The notes under the pieces are model-generated. The model was not told the DNA's origin. It made no database searches and saw nothing but the letters and a program-made list of their open reading frames with translations. DNA of 64,000 bases, from NCBI GenBank assembly GCA_012295275.1, contig CM022670.1:11470001-11534000 (forward strand). Direction: 5' to 3'. The DNA is from Chrysomallon squamiferum (lineage: Eukaryota > Animalia > Mollusca). Of the stretch, positions 41,105 through 55,702 are shown in pieces (position 1 is the stretch's first letter; every line of letters starts with the position of its first letter). A program made the position numbers and the translations under genes.

Positions 41105-44100
41105 TAAATTCTGATATTTTCAGTGTTATTAAATTTAAATATAAAGAAAGAAATTTAAAAAAAAAAAAAATAATAATAATAATAATCTTTTTTCTTCTTT
41201 TTCTCATTTCCTTTTTTAAGTAATTAATTAATTAATTTTTTTTTTTTTTTTTTTAAAATATTATTATTTAAAGAGTGAAGATGGCTCCAGTGACGACAAG
41301 AGTTTACTAGGGGTCCGAGCACAGATTAAAGATCCATTTTGTGACCCTGATAATCCGAGAGTGATCAAATTTCAAGACATTAGTGCTGCAGCCTATAAAA
41401 TCAAAGGGGGTATACAACATACTCCTTGCACAGTGAGCCTTATTTTCTTGTAAAGTGAAACAAATACCAAATTTGAGATTATTCTATCTTCTTTGCACAA
41501 CATTTTATATTTAATGATTATATTTATTATAATCTATTCTCAGTAAAAACAGAATTGATTACATGTGGTTGTGATAGGCATCAAGCATTCATAATAAAAA
41601 CGCAGTTTACAAAATTCAAGTTTAATCCCAATGGTTTCATGTAGCAATAGTTTAGTTATGTAGGTTAAAGAGTTTTTCATTGTATTGCATACTGACACAA
41701 CTAGTGAACCGTATTGTAAATTATACAGTAGACCCATAATAAACAGTCATTTGCTGTTACTTTCACTGAAACATTTTGGGACACAAAATGTTAGAAAGGG
41801 CTGTAAAAATTGTAAATATACTCAGAAATATGATGAAAAATAGAACATAGTGAGATGAAAATGGTTCAGGTTAAAGTCAGTTATTTTTTGAATCAAACTT
41901 GAATCACTGATTTCTGGTTCTTCACTTAATACAATAAAAAATCTATAACATTGGTAATTAGCATAGTAACAAAAGTAACAAAAATAAGTTTAACACCATT
42001 AATCACAACAACAAAAAATGTTTATTTATTTATTTATTAACAGAAGTCACAGTTGTCACACTTGTTTGGAATTGATCTTTATTTTAAAAAGGAGTTTTTG
42101 CAGTTTACAGGAAGGTAAGATATGCTTTTATTATTATTATTTATTTATTTATTTATTTTTTTATTGAAAGCTAACTGTACTTGCAACAGATCATGTTTGT
42201 GAATCCTAAGAATGAATTAAATTTTAACAGGGTTTTTTATATGTTGGATGCAGATATCTTTATTTTAATTAATTATATACTGGAATATTTTAATTGAAAA
42301 TATGATATAGCATTATTTTCCATTTTTATTAATACCATCATTAGCTATTTATTCATTCACCTAATATGCAGAAGAAAAAAAATTGACTTTGACTTTATGT
42401 TAATAATTGAGATTTATTGTGTTAAATAAACCATTTTCTTCCTGTTGCAAATTAAACAGTGTTTGTATATTAATATTAGTAATTTGTACCAATGTGTTTT
42501 TCATTTCTTTTTTAGTTTTGTTTCATCAGTGCGTGTGTTTTGTAATACTAGTATAATGTTTTATTTCCCATCTTAGTTTTAAAGAGAGAGGTGCACGTTA
42601 CACTCTTTTGATGCTTTCAAAGGTAATTTTAGTTTTCCTCATTCCTCCAAACTGCAAATAAAACATTTTAATGAAGCTAAAAAGTAATGCACCAAAGCAC
42701 TAAAATGTTTTATTGTTGGCTGTTGTTCAGCATTTATCATAGAGAGAATCATAATAAGTATGACTGAAGAAATATTTTCTTCTACAGTTTTCTGATCAGT
42801 TTATTGTTTTAAATATGGAAGAGTTAAAAAAAAAAAATAATAATAAAACAAATTCTAGAATTCTAAAAATAAAAACTGAAAAGAAATTAAGAAAAATCTT
42901 GTTTTTAGCTGTAGTACATACTTTTTAAAACTTGATTGCTACATCTATAATAACAGGTTTCTATAAGTAATTACTCTACTGCAAAATATGATTTCTGTGA
43001 TTGTAATGCAGGAACAACAACAAAGAGGTGTTATTGCAGCCAGTGCAGGAAATCATGCTCTAGCACTTGCTTATCATGGTCATGATCTTGGTATTCCAGT
43101 CACTGTTGTGATGCCAATCATTGCTCCAATTATGAAAGTGTCAGCTTGTCGGCATTATGGAGCAAATGTGGTCGTACATGGAAATAACATAAGTGAGGTA
43201 TTTGTTGTTTATTTGTTTATTTAATTTAAATCATCATCATTTTCATTTAAATTTATATGTAAATTAATCCAAGATCTAATAGAACTGTATCAGGCACTGT
43301 ATTTTAAATTAACCATTTACTGAATTTTGGTAATTTCTAATATTTTTATATTTTTTTGTCAATATCTATAAATGAAAAAAAAAAAAAAAAAAACAACAAC
43401 ATTTTTTTTAATTTCAGAGCAAAGATTATGCAATGAGTATTTCTGAGGATCAGAATTTGATGTACATTAATGGGTAAAGTTTTAATATAAAATTTATAAA
43501 AATTTGTTTTTTAACTCTATTTTTGGTTAAAAGTATTCTGAATTAATTGTCTAAACTTTAAAGAAAAAGTCTTAATATAAATGTTAAGTAAGTTAAGCGG
43601 TCAAGTATATTTTCAGGTTATAAAATGAAAGATTAACAGCCATTTTTATGAACGGTCGTCAAGCCGTTTATAAGCTTTCATTTTATCTAATGAAATATTA
43701 ATATTTACAAGGGAACATTTTGTTAGCTACAAACACTATTCATTTAAAATAATTAGCAGCTACTTAATATGAGCAAAACAGTTTTATATAAACATCACAA
43801 TTTGTTCTGTCAAAAAAATTGGATAATAAAATTATGCACCATATTTTATAACTATGTGCCTATATGGCTATCCTTTAAATTTTTAAAACTGAAAAGACCA
43901 TTTCATGCTTTATTTTTTTCGCCTCAATTGTAGAACCTTCATTTAGCTTTTCAATTTTGATTTTCAGCTACGACCATCCAGACATCATTGCTGGACAAGG
44001 AACTATGGGTCTGGAGATAACTGAACAAGTTCCAAATCTTGATGCTTGTATTATTCCTGTTGGGGGTGGAGGACTGATTGCTGGAACAGCTCTTGCAATA

Positions 44101-47100
44101 AAGAGCTTGTATCCATTAGTTAAAATTATAGTAAACATGATTTTTAATTGCAATATGTTTATATTACATTTTTTTAAACATAGCTAACTTATTTTTACTT
44201 TATACATTTCTGACAATTTATAGTAAGTATGATTTTTAAAAATTGTTTTTTTATTTTATTTGTTTTACTCTTTTGTTCTCTTAATTTTAATTTTAATATT
44301 TACAGTTATAGAAAAAGAAAAGTTGTTTGGAGAAATTGTTAAAACATTTAAATTTTTTATGTTTCTTGCATTGACTTTACATTTATTTTGAAGAATATAT
44401 ATATATTTGTTTGTTACTTAAAATAATAGATATAGTTTTAAGCTTTAATGGTTTTTGTGTGTGTAGCCGATGGTGAGAGTTGATTTGGAAATATCATAGT
44501 ACCTTTGAATTATTAATCATCCGATTTAGATTAAAATATTTCTATAAATTATTGGTATTAATTACATTACTGTTGGATGACATTATTATGCACATTGTAA
44601 CAATAATAGATTTAATAGATTTTATCTACCTTTGAATTATTAATCATTTTTAGATTAAAAAATTTCTAAAATTATTGGTTTAATTACATTACTGTTGGAT
44701 GACATTATTATGCACATTGTAACAATTTAGAATTTAATAGTATCTTAGTACCTTTGAATTATTAATCATTTGATTTAGATTAAAATATTTCTATAAATTA
44801 TTGGTATTAATTACATTACTGTTGGATGACATTATTATGCACATTGTAACAATAATAGATTTAATAGATAGTATCTACCTTTGAATTATTAATCATTTGA
44901 TTTAGATTAAAAATATTTCTATAAATTATTGGTATTAATTATATTACTGTTGGAGGACATTATTATGCACATTGTAACAATAATAGATTTAATAGATAGC
45001 ATCTGTCTATCTATCTATCTGTCTATATATCTATAAAATTAAAGTTTAAATTTGTAATTGGCTGGTTTTTGTCTGCAGGACTTGCTGTTCCAACTGTAGG
45101 AGTGAATGCTTTTGTTACAGCCAGAAATCTTATTGACAGAATGGTTGTAGTTCAGTAAGCACCTTTTGTGTTTGTTAACTCTTATATTCAGCTATTTTAT
45201 ACCTGCTTAAATCCATTAAAGATTTAAGCCCACCAATAGAAGCTTTCATTTTCTGACCACGCTGTTAGTATATTTGAGTGTTAGACAGAGAGAGAAGCGG
45301 TGTTAATGCATTTCCAAAAGCACTAGGAATTTTTCAGGCTGATCCCAGTATTTAAATCCGTAAATGTGTTAAGTATATGCCTAAAGCTTGTTTATCTTTC
45401 TTGTTAGTAATTGGAATAGTTTCTGAAATCCTGGATACATGAAATTACTTAGCATAACTTTGTTATGTAATTTCATGCATCCAGGATTTCAGAGATGGGC
45501 AGATTTCATCAATGCAGTTACAGTTTATCTTTGTTGTTATAAAAAAAAAAAGAATCAAAACAGATTTTGAATACTGCCTATTTACTGATTTATATGTTTT
45601 GACAACTAATCTTAGGTAAATACTATTACAGATACAATAATACAAATAATGTACACTTAAAAAACATCAGAGTGATGATTATGAGAAATACATAAAAATA
45701 TATATAGACCTTTTACTCATTAACATTTGGGAAATGTTTTAACAAATAAAAGAATTGCAGAGCTAATAATTTTCATTATTGATTCAAGAAAAAAAAACAG
45801 AGACAGAATGGTATAGTAGTCCATCCTCTTTCTGTCTCTTATAATAGCCCATTTTAATTTTAAAATTTTTTAGATTTTATATTCATGCCAATTTGTCTAG
45901 AATAAAATTCGGTCAAAGGTGTGATTATAACTCTTTGTAAATGTGTTTGTCCTCTAGATAATATTAAATATTTTTTTAATGCACTCTAGAGAAGAATCAA
46001 TAGCACTGGCCATTTTGCGACTGATTGAGTTGGAGAAGGCAGTTGTAGAAGGTGCAGGAGCTGTTGGGTTAGCTGCCATCATGCAAGGATTATTACCAGA
46101 ACTGACTGGAAAAAAGTTGGTAAAATATTACTCTCCTATTGATTCATTATGTATCAGAGTTCAGTTTCTGGAATATACTAGTGTTGTATGTGTATGTGTG
46201 TCCTTTTAATAAAATGATTGATTCAGTGTATTGAAGTGTACAATATTTATGTTTTTAAATATAATTTTCTGAAGAATTTAGTTTTTCACCTCAACTAAAC
46301 ATTTTTTTTTTTTTTTGTGCTTATATTTGAATATTTGAATACATCTGTTATTCTGTTTCACTACAGATTCAGAAAATCAGATAATTAATTACAAGCAGGC
46401 TTTTCACTTGTTGCTTTTCAAAAATTTGTATTTTGTACTATTTTATTGTTATGTTTTTGCTATTAGCAACCAAAACGAAGTATAAAAACATTGTTTAGAA
46501 TATGTAAGTATCATCAAATGTACCCTTTAAATCATAATTACCTATTTTCAAGTCAAGTTGTTGTTGTTTTTTCATTTTTTTTTTCAGAGTTGTTGTGGCA
46601 CTTTGTGGTGGAAATATAGACACAACAGCACTGGGCAGAGTAATTGAGAGAGGTTTGGCAGCTGATGGAAGACTTGTTCGATTCTCAGTCACTGTATCTG
46701 ACAGACCTGGTGGAATAGCTGAGCTAGCCAAATTTGTTTCTGATATGGGTGTCAGGTTTGAGTTGCAGCAACAAAATTTAATTTTGAACTTAAAAAAATA
46801 AAAAAAGGATAAAATATGTTTAATTTCATAATTAAGCTGTACCAGTCAAACAGGATTTATCACAGATATTGTTTTTTGATGTGTAAAATATCAGTAATGA
46901 CTTTGTTAATCTGTGTTTATAGTTTTCATAAGCAGCATGATTAAATATTCAAATTAGTATAATTAACTGTTAACTACACATTTTTAATTAAAGACAAATG
47001 ACCAATCTGTATTTCTGAGTAAAAAAAAGTAAAAAACTTATACAAATGTCAATGGAATAATCCTTTTTTTTTATATATATATTTTTTTGTTTCAGTATTA

Positions 47101-47570
47101 AAGATATTTTTCATGAACGAGCTTGGTTGAAATCAGATATTTTCTCTGTTCAGGTAATCCAAGATTACATTAATGGTTTTAATTATGTTATCCTTGAGTT
47201 ATAACAATTATATTTTTTAAACTTAGCAGTTAATTATATTTAAAACCTGGTGACAATTTAGTTTAAAATTTAATTTTCAGAGTCTTAATTAGGTAGATAT
47301 AAGTGTTTTATTACTCTACCCTTAAGTTCAGATTGTAAATAACAAGTTTTGACCAATTTTTGTTTGTTGATTTTTTATTTCTTTTCAGATTTTTTTTTTA
47401 CTGTTTGTTTGTTTATTTATTTATTATTATATCTTTTTGGGGTTAATTTTTAAAATATTTTTAAGGTGAAATGTGTGGTGGAGACTCGTGATTCAGCCCA
47501 CAGTAAGGAACTTGAAGAATTACTGCGCAGCCAGTACAAAAAGGTTGTCTGGGGCACTCAATTCTTTTGA
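40685..47570 (+). CDS. tdcB: PLP-dependent L-threonine/serine dehydratase (TdcB-like, C-terminal ACT domain), copy 1; exon 8 collapsed in this sequence
   Basis: Exons 40685-40720, 41274-41432, 42044-42114, 42577-42622, 43012-43197, 43418-43473, 43968-44130, [exon-8 remnant 44461-44472], 45079-45154, 45990-46115, 46588-46755, 47096-47153, 47466-47570. Motifs: TGSFKERGA (PLP lysine), [56 protein letters not shown]. Confidence 0.88.
44500..45004. repeat. Tandem repeat, ~125-bp unit x4, intronic
   Basis: ACCTTTGAATTATTAATCATT...CATTACTGTTGGATGACATTATTATGCACATTGTAACAAT starts at ~44501, 44628, 44750 and 44877. Confidence 0.92.
45422..45493. repeat. 72-nt inverted repeat (27-bp stem)
   Basis: TCTGAAATCCTGGATACATGAAATTAC...GTAATTTCATGCATCCAGGATTTCAGA, with a single mismatch. 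Confidence 0.85.
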
Positions 47571-49084
47571 GCTCATTTTACTTCGAAACATCATGCAGGA
47601 TATGACAGTTTTACTTTTGACTATAGATTTTGTGTTGCTCATTACTTGTATAGTGTTTCAATACTCACACTCGAAAATCTAATAATGTGGATATTAAAAT
47701 TAGAAAATATCATGTTTGTGACAGAAAATAATGTTCTCCATATACCACTTACTAATATTTTGTTTTATTTATTTAAAATCTTTTTTAAGTAACTGGCTCA
47801 AATACTTATGACTTTAATCTTCACAAAAACATACAATCCACAGAAAGTGATGAGGAGAGCAAATACTAATATTAGCATAAATCCAATGTAGACTTGGCAG
47901 TACTGAATCAGTTGATATTATCTGTCATGAATTAAATTTAAAAAATTTAAATATGATAATCAGAATCCTCCATTCTCAGGTTTTATATGCCACACACATT
48001 TTATATACCTCAATTTCTTTTTTATGAAAAAAATTGGCTTTTAATCGATAAACATGATATAAAGTAACATTTTTAATTATATTCCTAAAAATGTTCTCCC
48101 AATATATTAGTCACCAATATTATACATGAATAATAGCTTTGTTACTAGCCAGATTTTCTTTTCATTTTGAATATCTAACCAGATTCATACTTATTGTGTA
48201 GTTGTTTTGTTGTCCGCATTTCTATTCAATCAACTATGAGCAAACCAACGTTGGTTTTATATTAAAAGTTATATAGTATGAATGTCAAAAGTTAATTACA
48301 GTGTCTCAGTCAATTTTATTTTGTTCATTTCTAATTTAATTATAATAATTTTAGAATTTATGTAAAATTTTATATCATTTTGGTACATTTTAATACTAAA
48401 TGTTGATGTAAATTTATGGCTATTTTAATTTTAATTTTGTTAATGATAAACATGTGAAATGTTTTTATGGATCATTTTGTATGAATGTATATATGTATAT
48501 GTTTTTTTTTAAATAAATTATACTCAAAGAAATGTCTTTGTTATATGTTAGAAAACAATGTTATATCTAGTATTTACGACGAATATTTCCTAAATCCACA
48601 GTGTTCAACAACTAAAAAAAAAAAATAAAAAAAAATAGTGTTTTCATTTTGATTGATTTATTTATTTTGATGGTTTTCTTTGGTAGTATTGCTTAATCTA
48701 CATTAAAATATTCTTTCAGCACCAAAAACATGGTGAAAGATATTTATGTTAAAAAAAAAAAAGAATGTTGGTTAATTTGTATCAGCTGTCACACACCCCG
48801 GAAAATAATATTTCTTTTGATTTTACCATCATGGATTCATTTTTATCAATGTCTCACTGCCTAAGATTCTAGAAGAGAAGATAATAATATGTCACGCTGA
48901 TGTGCATATTATTTGAAATATTATTATTATTATTATCATTTTAACAGATATTTTTATTTTTTATATTTTTTCTAATAATTATTATTAAAGACAACAGCAG
49001 CTAAAATAATTGAACGTTTGCAGGGACAGATTTATTATATCTTTTTCAAACATAAATATACATACGTGATACTTTCGTTCGTTC

Positions 49085-49135
<51 letters not shown>

Positions 49136-49549
49136 TTTATCTAATAGGAACATCAAAAAGTAGAACTCACCCTGTTAGTTTTATGCACGGACGGTTTATT
49201 ATTATTATTATTATTATACAACTATTAGTTATTATGTAGGTGGCTTTCTTTCAAGTTTTTCGATTTATGAAATAAAAGTAACAAATTTTAAGTTTTAACA
49301 TTATTTCTTTGTAAATAGCGTAAAAAAAGAGAGAAAACTGCTTAAAAGATAAAGAAGAAGAAGAATTTTTTTTTTTTAAATTGTTAAATAATGATCATTA
49401 TTATTATTATTATTTTTTTAAATTATCATTTTAAAAAGCCACAAAATTATATACATTTATTTTTTCATTCATTCATCTTTCGTGAAAAGTACAATTGCGA
49501 GATGACGTCTGCGGAAATTGAACGGTGTTATAGATATACTGCCAGAAAC

Positions 49550-49785
49550 ATGTCGCATACAGTAAGTAAAAATGTTATAATTATAATAAAAATTAAATTT
49601 ATTCCTTATGTTTGCTTCTGTCCCCTCAGTCATTTAAACCAAAATATATATTTAATACTTAGATTTTTATACAGAATATCATTTAATTTCAAAACGTTTT
49701 TGGAAAAATTGCATTATTCAATTGATTGTAATTGTTGATAGTAATTACACGAAATAATCGTATTTAGTAGAAGCAGCAGTAGTAA

Positions 49786-49823
<38 letters not shown>

Positions 49824-52800
49824 CTAATTATTATTATTATTAATATTATATTATTTTAAATATATAGGGAACGATCAGAACTCTTCCAAATAAAAACTAC
49901 AAGCTAATATATTAAACAGCGTGAATATCTAAAAAACATGTTTTTTTTCATATTTCTTTTATTTATTCGTTTTTCTTTGTTTCTTTTCTTTTTTTTTGTA
50001 TTATTTTTTTTTTTTTTTTTGATAAAATTTTGTCATGATTACGATAATTTCTACGGTAGACTAACTTTTTAGAGAACAAAAAATAATAATAATTTGATGA
50101 AAATCCGGTGTTATGGTCTTTAATATAGGTCAGGCAGATTTGATAATCTCTTCATGTTATTTTTTTTTTTTTTTTTTGCCTCAACGTTTATTATTATTAA
50201 TTAATATAAGTTTAGCGAAGTTTCCTAAAGCAGTAATAATGAATATAGCATTCTCATACTAGCTCCTATGCATAATTAAAATTGTGTTGAATATTAATTT
50301 GTGATTACTGATTTATCATTTAAAACAACTGAAATGTATGCAAGATTGAGATTTAATGGATAATAATTTATTATTATAACAGCATTTGAAAATTGGCATT
50401 ACCCACAGATAAGTGCATTTTTCAAAATCTTCATTTTCAGTTACTGTTGTCTCAAGCAATTTAGAGAATATTTGGTATCAAATTAGCCCTTCCCTCAATT
50501 CACATGTCAGTTAGATATATATATATAATTTAAAAAAAAAAATGATTTCATTATTATTAGTAGTATTATTATATATATAAATTTCAGAGTGAATCTGAAG
50601 TTAGTCAAGATATTATTTTAGTACCTGACGAAGACGTGAAAGATCCACATAGTGATCCTGAAAATCCTGTTCAAGTTACATTCCAAGATGTCAGTGCAGC
50701 TGCTTACAAAATTAAAGGTGCAGTCATAAGAACTCCATGTACAGTGGGTATTACATTTTGTTTATTTGTAGTGTAATCCACCATTTTCAATAAGTAATGT
50801 CTTTGTATCTTTATTTTCAATCACAGGTTATTGTAGAATAACTATATTTCATTGTACAAAGCATTACATATAAGAGTGAAAACTTTAATCAGTTAGCTAT
50901 TTTCTGAATATTGGTTTTAGTATTTAGAATTTATTACCCCATATTTTTATTATGCAGTTATTTGGTAAGAATATATAAAATAATATTTATACAGTAACAC
51001 AAAACATACAGTATAAAAATATGAAAAACAAATTCAAACTCTCTGTATCAATTATATTTATTTTCAATAAACTGAATTTTAAATATGTCTATATGTATGT
51101 ATGTATATGTATGTATGTACGTATGTATGCACACAGATCACATATGTATGTACATGCACACAGATCACATACATTAAATAAATTCCTTTCTTTTTTAATC
51201 TAAACAATCCCAAAGAAATCGCAGTTGTCAGAGTTACTTGAAATGGAATTATATTTCAAAAAGGACTTCTTGCAGTTTACTGGAAGGTATAGTAATATAA
51301 TGTCACACAAATTAAAAAATACATTGCAATTTAAAGGCATCTTTAAATAATAAAATGTTACTGAGATTTATTATCACTGCTTCCCTGTCCAGTAATATAT
51401 GAGTGAATCTTTTATCATGTCAAATATATTTACTGGGGTATGAATGAAGATTTTAAATTTTAAAAAAAGTTATACTTCATTTTGTTGATTTTTATGGCTA
51501 ATGAAATAGTTTTGTTACAAAATATTTTAACACCACAATTTTTGTGACATCGTTGCATTAGGTGATTGTCAGTGCTATCAGAAAAAAAAAAAAACCAGAT
51601 AAAAAAGATATATATATCGTAAAGAAAAGAGTTTACGTTTTTTATATATTATAACCTTTCTTTACTTTTATCCAGATAACAATTTTTCTGTAATCTTCGG
51701 TATTTGAATTTCTCTTTTTAGGATAAATGCTCTCTGTTTTCTTCACTTAGAGTAACTGCAAATGCATTCTTTTCCAGACATAATTAGATTTCTTAGGATA
51801 AATGTTATTCACAATCCATAATGAATACTATTATTTCTGCAGCAGTCATTTTGTCTTCTATATAATGGTTTGTTGTGATAAAATTCAGTCTAGTCTTACT
51901 CCTTTATTCAATGAAAAGATCTGTGACATTCTGTTTTCTAACCAATCAGGTCCTTATTGTTTGATATAAAGTTATTTCAAGAGGAAGTCCTTGGAAAAGT
52001 TATGAAATATGTAGTTTGTTTTAGTCTCATAATTTGAAAAAACATCATTCTGAAGATGAACATGAATTTTTTTCTCAAGCCTGCTTGAATACTTACTATT
52101 CATTTTCCTCGGTTGATCTTTCCTTTCTCTCTGTCACAGGTTTTTCTTTCTACTTTTCTTGGACAGTTGTCTATAAATAAGAGGCAATTTAGATTTAGTT
52201 GTTTCTCTTCACTGTTAGTAAAGTTATAAATACATTCATTGCTAATACTCAATTTTTGTGTTGTGGATTCTTTAGATCATGTCTCTTGTCATTACTTTTT
52301 TGTTTTGTTTTGCTGATGTTACTTTTGCAAGTCTTTATAAAATCAGATCTAACTCTGGGGTGAGGTTATTAACAATAAACTCAACAAGTTGAATCATTAA
52401 AAAGAAATGTTTCAGACAGACTTTTAAATACAAATTTGAGTTTTTGTGACTTTTGTGACTTACATGAATATATAAAAATAAAATTAATCTCATATTTTGA
52501 AGGAATATAAAATATTTTTCTGACAATACTAGAAGAAATTTTTATGTGTAATCACCTTTCTGTATATGATAATAAAATAACCAGAAAAATGGTTGTGTCC
52601 AGATATTTTGTAACTGTACTGTTTTGTAATGTCTTATTAGTTGTTCAGAAAAAAACAAGTAAAACAGCAGTTTGAAAATATATGTAATATGTTTCTTTGT
52701 TAAATTTGCTGCTTTAGATTTATCTCACTTACTTTGAAATCTTGTCTTTTATTTTATTATTCTAGTTTTAAAGAAAGAGGTGTACGATTCTCACTTTTGT

Positions 52801-55670
52801 CACTTTCAGAGGTAATGTTCAAGTTGATTTAAAAATAAAAATTTGTTTTAAAAATGAAATATTTGAATATCTGAAATTATTAAAATATGCATAAAATATG
52901 CCTTATTATGTTTTAAGCTAGCCCAGTATATGTTTTTAAAATATATTTTGATACTCTATAAAAGGACCTAAAACTTTTAAAAACAAATATGAAGTAAATA
53001 AAAATTTATTTTGGAAATAACAAAGCAAAATTTCAGTAGTTGTGTTCATGCTACAAACTAATTCTTGCTTCCTACATAGTCAGAGGGGTTCAGTGTCTAG
53101 AAGCTTCTTCTCACAGAAGCACTAATTGCATTAATATATAATCAAGACTTATTCAAATACACAAACAGGTTAGGTGAAAGATATTTTAATATAAAAAAAT
53201 AAAAAAATAGTATTAACAGACTTCTGTATAGATGATGCCAGTGATAAAATGTATTTTTAGGATCAGCGTAAGAAAGGTGTTATTGCAGCCAGTGCAGGAA
53301 ATCATGCTCTAGCACTTGCTTATCATGGTAATAATCTTGGTATTCCAGTCACTGTTGTGATGCCTTTTTTGACACCCTTGATGAGAGTGTCAAATTGTCG
53401 TCATTATGGAGCAAAAGTCATTGTCCTTGGAAGAAGTTTGAAAGAAGTATAAACAATCAATCTTCATTTTGTTTACATTCTAATTTAATATGTTAATAAG
53501 CTAGAGATACTGTGAATGAAAAACAATTACATATTATATTTGGATACTACGATATTTAATTCATGTTTAGGTTCATTTGTACATACATTGACATTATAGC
53601 TGTTCCAGTATGTAAAATAGTAAAATAATTTCTTTTTTTATTTTCATTGAAATAATATTTTGTGCTCATAGTATTTTAATAGTCGTTTACCTAAAAGCTC
53701 AAAATATATATTTTTACAATAAATCATAATTTGTTATTTAACTAATGTCATAGCTAGCTCAAATATAACAGTTTCTTTCAGAGTACGAATTACGCTTTAT
53801 ATATGGCTCAAGACCAAGGCTTGTTGTATATCAGTGGGTAATGTTAATTATGAACTTATTCTGTATGTTTTTGTTTTTTTCATTTTTCTAAGCAGGAAAA
53901 TTACAGTACTGAGTACTTGATTTATTTCAATTTTGATGTGAAAGTAACAAAAGAATCACAATTTTTAAAACTTATTATTTTTTTTTAATATGTGATATTT
54001 TCATCAGTAATCTAGATGAAAGTAAAAGAGAAATCAGAGTATGGATGATCAGAAAATTTCATTTTAATTTTATGCATATTCACATCTTCAATGAAGATAA
54101 TGCACATTTTATAATCACACAAGGTATAAAAGTGTATATAAAAATATATATCAAATATGAAGAGTTCCATAAAACCTTTAAACTGCTATTTTAGAATAAT
54201 GGAAACATTTTTTTTTTTTCAGTTACGATTATCCTAAAATTATTGCTGGACATGGAACTATGGGTCTGGAAATAATTGAACAAGTTCCAGATCTTGATGC
54301 TTGTATTATTCCTGTTGGGGGTGGAGGACTTATTGCTGGAACAGCTCTTGCAATAAAGAGCTTATATCCAAAAGTTAAAATTATAGTAATTATTTGTTTT
54401 ATTGTTAATTACTGCTAAAATTTAATTTTTGCTATGCATAAAGTCTGTCAACTATTGTTATTTATTTATTTATTTATTTATTTATATTTTTATATCGGTT
54501 TTTAAATTGTTTCAAAAATATAAACATCTTCTTTGCTAAAAGTTAAGTTCAGTGGCAGTGGCACAAAGGTCATTGGATCAATTCTGATCAGGATTCTCTT
54601 TGCACCATTTTCTATACCAGCCATTATCCACTGAGTACTTTATCCAGTCTTTGGTATTTGCCTTCTGATCTATGGGAGTGCACAATAATAAGCTCCTTGC
54701 TGCTTGTAAGTAACCCTTTGTGTAGAGACTGGATTTCTTCTATCTGAACTGTGTTTAAACATATATATTTAAGGCTACATTAAAAAGATGTTCAGCATGT
54801 TTGTTGTTAATTAAAGCACTTCTTTCCCTTTCCAGTTTTAAACATGTAATTCACATTTTGGTTTTGTAGGGTGTAGAAATAGAAAAATGTACAAGTTTCT
54901 CTTCTGCCCTTGGAGCAGGAAAACCAGTTATTACTGCTGCATCATCTTCAATAGCAGATGGTGAGATATTTACGACAATTTAGAGAAACAGTTTCATTGA
55001 AATACATAAAAATTATCTGCTTTAAGACATTAAATAATTATTAAATGAAAAATAACAAATAGCACATTCTTAATCTGAAATATGTCACTGACTCAAAAGT
55101 GACTGACAGTATTTTCAGCTAATGAGAAATATGTTACTGAGAAACAGTGAAATACATAATTTAATAAATTCAGTTATACTCGGAAGATTTCTGCATGTGC
55201 AGTTTAGAAAGTTTTTCAATATATAATCTGCCTAAGCTGGATCATTACAGATATCATAATTTTTATTTATATTTAATGAACCTTTTCAAGGATTGCATTT
55301 TAGATTATAGTTATTTCTTTTATTTCCAGTCTGAATAAAACATTTTATTAGTTTATTGAATACATATATTCACTTAAAAACATTTTCAAACAGTATCCTT
55401 TACACTGTTTAATACATAATTTGAGTAGTTAAAAATAGAGTACATGTGTGCAAGTCTGTGGATGCAAATATGTTGATGCTTTTTTAACTTTTATTTATTA
55501 TGCATCGTGTGCAGGTCTTATTATACCGACTGTTGGAGTAAATGCTTTTGCCACTGCCAGATGTCTCATTGACAGGCTTGTAGCAGTTCAGTGAGTAATC
55601 AACTTCAGTGGGCTTACTAGAAATATTCAAAAACAAAAATATTATTTCCTATGCTTATCCCTTTACATAT

Positions 55671-55702
<32 letters not shown>

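Noticed and set aside
43012-53446. Either dehydratase copy as a serine or aspartate racemase
   Set aside because: Both have SAGNH, lacking the re-face Ser of SSGNH, and both carry an ACT domain typical of TdcB-like dehydratases.
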